Below, one piece after another: positions 56,919-64,000 of a stretch of DNA of 64,000 bases. Every line of letters starts with the position of its first letter. Within the stretch, counting starts at the first letter, position 1. The translations under genes and the position numbers were made by a program. The DNA is from Lingula anatina (Eukaryota; Animalia; Brachiopoda), in assembly GCA_051362555.1 (NCBI GenBank), contig CM120642.1, positions 1,736,001 through 1,800,000 of the forward strand, given 5' to 3'. Under the pieces are notes generated by a model. That model was not told the DNA's origin, ran no database searches, and saw nothing but the letters and a program-made list of their open reading frames with translations.

Positions 56919-57704
56919 GGGGTCCGCCATATAGATAAACGTCCCAATAAAATATTCGCCCCGATAGATACGTCTCTATACATACACGTCTCAATAGATT
57001 TACGTCTCGTTAAATTTACGTTCCGATAGATCCACCAACAGATTCCTATAAACCCACGTATCTTTAGATCCAGGTACCGCTAGATCCATCTATCTGACAT
57101 CGTAATCGGCTAAAAGGCCCATATCAACTTGCGTTGTGAAATTTAGAACACATTTTTATGTTCTTTTTTGTTTTGTTTTGTTTAGAACACATTGACATGT
57201 AAATTCAGAACACTTTTTACGTGTTCGAATGTTGCATTTTGAGAACGCTTTAAACAGTGTTCTGACGCTAGAACAGTAATTAAGCGTTGTGAAATATAGA
57301 ACACACTTTTGTTCTTTTTATGTTCTTTCACTGAGTATTGTGTGAAAACGATCTAGTAGAATAATATATTGCTGACTGCGTACTGCCGTTTTAAAGAAGT
57401 GCATTTTATGTACTGAGTAGTATACCAACCATTTCGAGCAATAGTGTAGGCCTACCTGTAATGGATCTATCGGTATTTGGATCTAAAAATACGTGGATCT
57501 ATAGGTATGCGGATTTAAAGGACGTGGGTTTATGAGGACGTCATATCTATAGGAACGCAAATATATAGGACAGCAGAAAAAAATCGGATCTATCGGTATT
57601 TAAATCCAGAAAGACGTTTTTTCCGTTTTTCCTTAATGTATCTATCGGTAACGGGAGTATAGAGACGTGTAATATTTTGGGACTAAATTTTATCCGTACG
57701 TACC
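56919..57704. mobile_element. MULE/Mutator-like MITE
   Basis: 9-bp target duplication ctaaaggtc (56910-18 / 57705-13), G...C termini, and inverted arms rich in atagatcc/ggatctat motifs. Confidence 0.65.
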
Positions 57705-59948
57705 CTAAAGGTCATATTGAACATGGTGACGCGGTGATACCGTATTCATGTTCTCTTGTTCTCGAAAACTCAATCATCGAAATTGAATTACTTTTTTTTT
57801 TAGTTTTGTCTTAAATTAAGCTGCTACACTGTATTCCGTGCGTTTAAAATTTAACCGTCTGTAAAAACAGCAATAATGGATTACTAGCAACACTTACGTT
57901 ACGCAATGAAGCACCGAAAATGGGTGAAGAAAATGTGTCTCAGTAATGCGTGTTTGCCACTCATAATGCACTGTACTTTGTTTGAATAAGCAATAAACTA
58001 TTTGTGATCTTAGGTTATCCATTGTTCGTTATCAGAGTTAACAGATTCTTTGTGTGATTTTTTTTCAGAATCCCAAGAGTGGATGCCTTAGTGAGCACAG
58101 AACAGATATCACCATTGGTCTACATATGTCAGGAAGAATGTTATAATTATGAACTTTGTGTTACACTGAACTTCATTTTGTTAAATTTTGTATTTAACTG
58201 AACTTTATTGTGTTAAAATAATAATAAAAAAATTATATTTCTGATAAAAAACTACAATCTGGAACATTCTTTAGATCAACTTTGTTCAGTGTGTGTCCCA
58301 TATGACAGAGTTACAGTAAATAAAATATGTGCATTATTCCTCTGTGTTTGTCAATTCCATTTTAAAAGCATGTGAAAGTGGTGTGCCCCTCATGAATGAA
58401 GTGTGTATGGATAATAGCAAAAATATTGTTATTATTTACATGATTATAAAAAGTTTTTGTACCCGCGTCAATAACGTTACCGTGACCCACATATTCACCA
58501 TTTTTATTAATTATGAAATGTGGATTAAATTCTTCAAAACCAGTTTTGAAGCATTGAGACAACACCCCCTTATGATTTAAACTAAAACTGAAAACATTCC
58601 ATTAGACTTTCATTAGTTTGTGCAAAATATATTACCCAGGGTAACGCGTCTTGGATTTGGTGGGTATAGCTGTTCAACTCTCCTGTGTGCCCTAAAAAGG
58701 GCAGCTGCTGTTTCCCTTTTTATGAAATGATAAACTGTGATGGTGTAGCTATCACATCGCAAAATTACAGCTTCCCAGAGAAAGTTTGAAATTTTTGGTC
58801 AAATTCAACATTTTGTAACCACTAGCAAAGAATGACAGATTTAGAAATTAAAATATTAAGAAAGGTATCTGAACTCTTAAACTAATAAATTAAGGGTATA
58901 CAATAAGAACAAAATTAGTTCGAAAATAAAACCTACCTCTTAAAGTTTGGTCCTTAATTTTAGTGCACTGAAATTTAACCAACTGGCTATGTCTAAGCTG
59001 TCTGTGGGGTTTAGATGCTAATGGGCAATTTAGCTTGTCTTTGTTGTTTTTATTTCTCAAAGAAATTTTGCAGACCTTATTTTGGGCACTGCCACCACAT
59101 AAACCATTAATGAAGAAACATTTTATGATTCTCAATCTTACAGAAAAGATTCATAGGACTGAAATGAATTTTAAAAACCAGCCACACTGAATTTATGTGA
59201 CAGTGTAAAGCAAACAGTTTAATGAGAACTGTTCATCATAACACTGTGTCAGAATAGAGATAGGTTGTGAGATAGGTTGTTTCCCTGTTGATCACAGGGG
59301 GTAATATTTCAAGGTTCCGGCATTGTCCCAACAGAAGTGTTGAGATGAAAGTTTCCTAGATATACATCCAACTTATTGTGTAAAAATGGAATAGTTTTAA
59401 ATGTCATCACTACTACACAAATCAAAGTTCATAAGAACTTGTGATTTATACATTAGCGCACGGCCGCGATTTGCGAAGCTTTCGAGATATGGGATAGCGC
59501 ACGCTCGCCATGCTAGCGCACGTGCGCAACATAGCGAAGCTTTCGTGATACGGGGCCCAGGTTTCTGTGTCTTCTGGGGCTGTCTTCCATACAGATTCAG
59601 ATTCTTTATTGACAGACATCTTCACTCAAAGGTACAATCAATAACAATATTAGTAACTATAACATAGAACAGACAAATAAATAGATAAAAAAATATATAT
59701 AGATTAGCATATTATTGATATAATGACTATACAAAATAATGAATACGCATGTCGCATTTAAAAATCAATTTACCAGGTTTGATCTACACGCCCAGTCTCT
59801 GCTGACAGCGCATAACGGGTCTCACACTGGTATTATGATCTTGTTTGGACAAACAATTAAAATTGATTTCATAATGCAGATATTGTGAAATGTTAACTCC
59901 TATGTCGTATTGTAGACAATAAAAAAGGGGCGATGGTAATGCAGTTAA

Positions 59949-60283
59949 AGGGATAACTCTTCATATGAAATCTGCATTTCACAATAAAAACATTGTGAAC
60001 AGCTCATAGAAATATCATATATATTCTGTTTTACCACAAAAACGACAGTTATAACTATTATTCTGATATGAGGTTGTCATTGAATCAGGCGACCTCCATA
60101 GATGGCTATACTCTGTTAAATTCTCTTAAGAGATTATTACCAAAAAAAAAAAGCTTATTTGAAAAAATTCAGGGCCTAACTTTGAATTTAGAAATAGATT
60201 CATTAACCATTGGTAAGTATGGGAACGTCGTGTTTACTCCAGGAAAATTAATTTTTTGGCCAAAACGAACAGTTATTATCCCT
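59949..60283. mobile_element. Kolobok-type MITE (same family as 49926-50593)
   Basis: TTAA on both sides; TIRs AGGGATAAC... / AGGGATAATAAC.... Confidence 0.7.
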
Positions 60284-60383
60284 TTAATCATAATGTTATA
60301 TTGCATCTACATAATTGAAAAAACTATTGTGCAGTCTCAATGCTCTTAAAGGAAAACTGAGTTAATGTAGGCCTACACTTTAA

Positions 60384-61771
60384 AGGCCTACTGTGCTCTA
60401 GGAACACAAAGCGTTCACTGCTTTTTTATAGTATAAAAACTATAAATCGACGTCAAAAAATTGTTCTTTTTAAGTTTTAGAGAGAAAAGGTGAGATTTAG
60501 ATGAGAAAATTCTGATTGGTCAGTTTCTAGTGACGTAACCCGGGGAGTAGCTTCCCACAGCTGTACTAGTAATAGTATATACTATGCAGTTGGCGACTAA
60601 ACATCCAGGTGTCAGAAAAACAAATGCCGCAAAGTTGTGTTGCTCCCGGGTGCCGTAATGTAGGTTACAATAAGAAAGACATCTGCTATTATATCCTGCC
60701 TGCGGATGCCGCAAAACGTAAAATTTGGCTCAATTCTCTGAAGTTAAAAAATCCCAGCACAGTGTCAAAACACGCGAGGATCTGTAGCGACCACTTCGAG
60801 CCGGAATGCTTCGTACGTGACCTGCGAGCTGAATTGTGCAGTGGAAAAGCACGGAGAAAACTAAAAGATGATGCTGTACCCAGTATATTCGATTTTTCGG
60901 AGTACCAAAATGCGACAGTAAATGCCAGAGCGCTGCCGACGAGAGTCTTACCTGTAGGATGTGTGCATGATGCGGCCGTCGAAAGGAAGAAGAGAGCAGC
61001 TTCTAGAGCCCAAAAAAAGTTCGTAGCAGAATTACGTTGTCGAATTTTTTGGTTATGTTAGTGAAAAATTTAATATTAACATGATAGTGGAATCAAATTT
61101 TTACTCGACATACTGCTGCACTGATCACGTGTAAGGCAGAAGTAGCGAGGTATGTGGCAGAGGTGTGAAATGTAGTGTCCGATGCTATCAGTCCGATATC
61201 TTTGGCCTTTTGTCCACTGACCTGGCTCTCCCGGAATGACACTGGTAAACTGCACGGGTGTGAAAAATAATGTTAGCTGTCACACCTGCATGTATTAGGT
61301 AACTTTCTCTTATCAGTCGGGATAAGAACGTTCAGCCGACGCGACAGATGGGCAATGTGTGAAAAACTATGTTCGCTGCCCTGCTTCCAAACCTTTACTG
61401 TTAACATAGTTTCGGTGTATTTTGTTGGTTAATAAATGATAACCACGTAGGGAATTCATCTTCTTTTGTGTATCTATCTTCAAAAGTTTGAATTTATAAA
61501 TGATCATGTAGTAATCAATTGCGTGTATCGCTTTTAGTTTGCACTGCTAGCAAGCGGATAGCTGGATCGAATATGGCTTTCTGAGCCTCGACGCTAGTGA
61601 CGTCACTCGCCTCAAAGCGCCACCACGCGGGATTATCATAAACTACATTCACACCTGCATAAAATCGGCTTTAAAAAGTAAATAAACGTAAGAACTTTTT
61701 TTCATTACTCAAAAATGACTTTTGGGCACCTAATGGATAGTTTTAACCCGTTTTTTCATCACAGTATACCT
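60384..61771 (+). mobile_element. Kolobok-like non-autonomous element carrying a THAP ORF
   Basis: TTAA duplication (60380-83 / 61772-75), TIRs AGGCCTACTGTG / AGGTATACTGTG, and TAGTGACGT motifs near both ends. Confidence 0.72.
60624..61061 (+). CDS. THAP zinc-finger domain ORF (truncated transposon gene)
   Basis: MPQSCVAPGC...P...W...ICSDHF...LKDDAVPSIF is a complete C2CH THAP signature with AVPTIF-like box; no DDE domain follows. Confidence 0.8.
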   Translation: MPQSCVAPGCRNVGYNKKDICYYILPADAAKRKIWLNSLKLKNPSTVSKHARICSDHFEPECFVRDLRAELCSGKARRKLKDDAVPSIFDFSEYQNATVNARALPTRVLPVGCVHDAAVERKKRAASRAQKKFVAELRCRIFWLC

Positions 61772-62067
61772 TTAAATATTTCACTGCCTATTCAGGTGAC
61801 GATATCCTGTGCTTATACGGCTAATATACAAGCTCGATTTCACCGAAAACGGACAATATAAAGATATTTCTTGTAAAAGATTTAAATAAAGCCCCACATA
61901 CTGTGGTAAGTCATGTGACTTTCTTGTTGACAATTTGTGTGACCTGCGCTTACCTGGGTCCCGTAACTCGAAAGCATCGCGTATTGCGAATAGCGATATC
62001 ACAGAGAGGCTACAATGTATTATATGGGACGAGCTTTCGAGTTACGGGAGCCCAGGTCGCAGACAAG

Positions 62068-62184
62068 ATGACGACAGAACTGTCTCGTCGGACTGAAGAG
62101 TACTGCAAAAGAGTTCTAGACAAAAACGCCTCAAACCAAGATATTGTGGAGGCCTACAACGACTGGGCTCAGATATACGACGAT
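62068..62184 (+). CDS. METTL27: First coding exon of a METTL27/WBSCR27-like methyltransferase; gene presumably continues beyond the window
   Basis: MTTELSRRTEEYCKRVLDKNASNQDIVEAYNDWAQIYDD followed by GTAAGT. The YxxWAxxYDxD motif marks this family, and the upstream region is CpG-rich. Confidence 0.65.
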
Positions 62185-62779
62185 GTAAGTGTGATTAATA
62201 ACAAGAAATTTGATATCAATGCACCAAAACGAGACGTACCGAGGAAATCGGGCACATGTACATGTACACGTAGGCCTATACACAAAGGTTAACAGTAGCC
62301 GCTTTACTTATTTGTAGGCCATCTAGGACCCAGAATATATCTTCTATCCTTGTTTGTATATATCTACAACCTATGAAACGTACCATGATGTATCATAGTG
62401 AAACCGAAATAATACTGTCTCAATTAGATGTTTATCAACGTGTTTTATGAAATAACAGATATCACATTTTTTTCTAATTCATTTCATAGCGGATCTTTTA
62501 AAACCTTTCGTTTCAATAACATAACGTAATTTGCCGTATGTATAATCAAGACGTTGTACGGGTGTTTGAAACAACACCTTCATATTAATTAGCGATCCCT
62601 TACCTGAGGTAAAGTATAACGGGTAGACGACACTGAAATGGTACAAAGGGACTCTACGTTAATTGTTTTGCAGAGGGAATCTGCTTCTCATGCTATAAGA
62701 GGCCCAGGTGACCTTGGATTCGTCCTGTAGCTTCAGCGTCCCTTTAAGAGATAAACATGCATCATTTGTCGATAAAATT

Positions 62780-62947
62780 CAGGGGCGGATTTAGGCCGTC
62801 TTCTGGGTCTTCCAGAAGACGGTCAGATTTTCAAGTTTACATTGACGGGTATCCAATTTTTAATGTTGGAAGACGGTCAAAATTGGAGGATGAATCAACA
62901 AAGATAATTTGGAAGACTGTCAGTATATAGCTCTGGATCCGCCCCTG
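62780..62947. mobile_element. hAT-like MITE
   Basis: TIRs CAGGGGCGGAT / ATCCGCCCCTG; no exact 8-bp target duplication is visible. Confidence 0.65.
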
Positions 62948-63886
62948 AAAATGTTGGTCTCGCCTTAAAGGTACATATGAACCGAGCATCGGTGGAGCGT
63001 TGATTCCCACTTCTACTAGTTTCTTATACCACTCAAATTAAGTCGACAGGCCAAGGGATAAACTGACTAAATCACTCGATCACCCTGAAAGAGCTTGGTA
63101 ACGGCAAGTCACGAGTTCAAATCCCAGATGACGCATGCCAGTTCACCACAACAACGAACTGGTCCCGCAATCAAAAACCAATGCAGGCTCTCGTGTATCC
63201 GAGCAAAATACCTTTTGCACAAAAATCCAATATACTTTAGAATAAGTCATCGATTTTGACAACAACTTATTGTATGTCATTATCATAAAGTCTGCGTCGT
63301 CAATTATATTTCTTTTCTCTTTGTTTTAAAGTCTTTAAAATGATACCGGTACTTAGGCAGGGATGGGCCTATCAATGAATACGATCCAACTTGTTTTGAT
63401 TCTGTAGCTTTTCCGGCCGTATAACAGCACGTCATACCACTTGTTAACCGTGTTCGGTAGAAAAACGATATCTCCTCGGAGGAATTATTTGCCAAATATG
63501 TTTTACTCAAAATTCCCATGGCTGCAATCGCACCAGTAATTAAACACTTGAATGTTTTGTATTTTTTTATTCTCTCCTCTTACGGTCTCGCTAAAAGTAA
63601 AACCCGCCTGTTGTGCACCGCCTCTGATCCCACTGTACTCTTTCATATCGTGGGTAAAGCCAAAATCAATCTTAGTTTAGAACAAAGTCCCAGCTCCGAG
63701 CCGGGTTGTCAAAGACGACTTCGTGTACATCACGAACTTAACCGTTCGTGTCGGGGACTGGGGTTGCGTGGGCTGAAATGCGGCACCCGGATTATCGATT
63801 GAGACAGCAGGTCTACACATGTACACCCAATTTGGCGCTCTCCGTGACGAGGTTGAAAGTTTCCATCTGATCACTACGTATCAACG

Positions 63887-63970
63887 GAGCTGTCGTGGCT
63901 GCGTGGTAACCCTGCTGTCTTGCATGCAGGCAGACACTGGGACGGCGGTTCGAGTCACAGCAGCTGCTGT
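63887..63970 (+). mobile_element. tRNA-derived SINE head
   Basis: A-box-like TGGCTGCGTGG and B-box GGTTCGAGTC, but no clean cloverleaf. Confidence 0.45.
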
Positions 63971-64000
63971 GTTGATACTTTTGCCAGAATGAATTTTTAA

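Noticed and set aside
63887-63970. tRNA gene
   Set aside because: A and B boxes are present but I could not fold acceptor and anticodon stems; a SINE head is more likely. tRNAscan-SE would decide.

Overview
AT-rich, intron-containing animal genomic DNA, probably a marine invertebrate; the taxon cannot be fixed from the sequence. From left to right: (1) the 3' end of a DIRS1-type tyrosine-recombinase retrotransposon lying in an intron of KIFAP3; (2) the last exons of KIFAP3 (+), including a U12-type minor intron; (3) a convergent, almost intronless Roco gene (-) encoding about 68 LRRs, a ROC GTPase, COR and a spliced C-terminal CARD, whose LRRs form a 69/138-bp near-identical tandem array that varies mainly at concave-face residues; (4) a roughly 17-kb nest of transposons, made of a Helentron-associated HINE-like element with a 160-bp satellite inserted into itself twice, plus Kolobok- and Academ-like elements and MITEs; (5) a complete multi-exon CATSPERB gene (-) with several intronic minisatellites; (6) a decayed L2/CR1-group LINE; (7) an 18-finger C2H2 zinc-finger gene (+); (8) MULE, Kolobok, THAP-bearing and hAT non-autonomous elements; and (9) the first exon of a METTL27-like gene. 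The most striking system is the LRR-ROC-COR-CARD gene, a candidate diversifying cytosolic immune receptor. All calls come from reading the sequence and from recalled family motifs; no database search was run.
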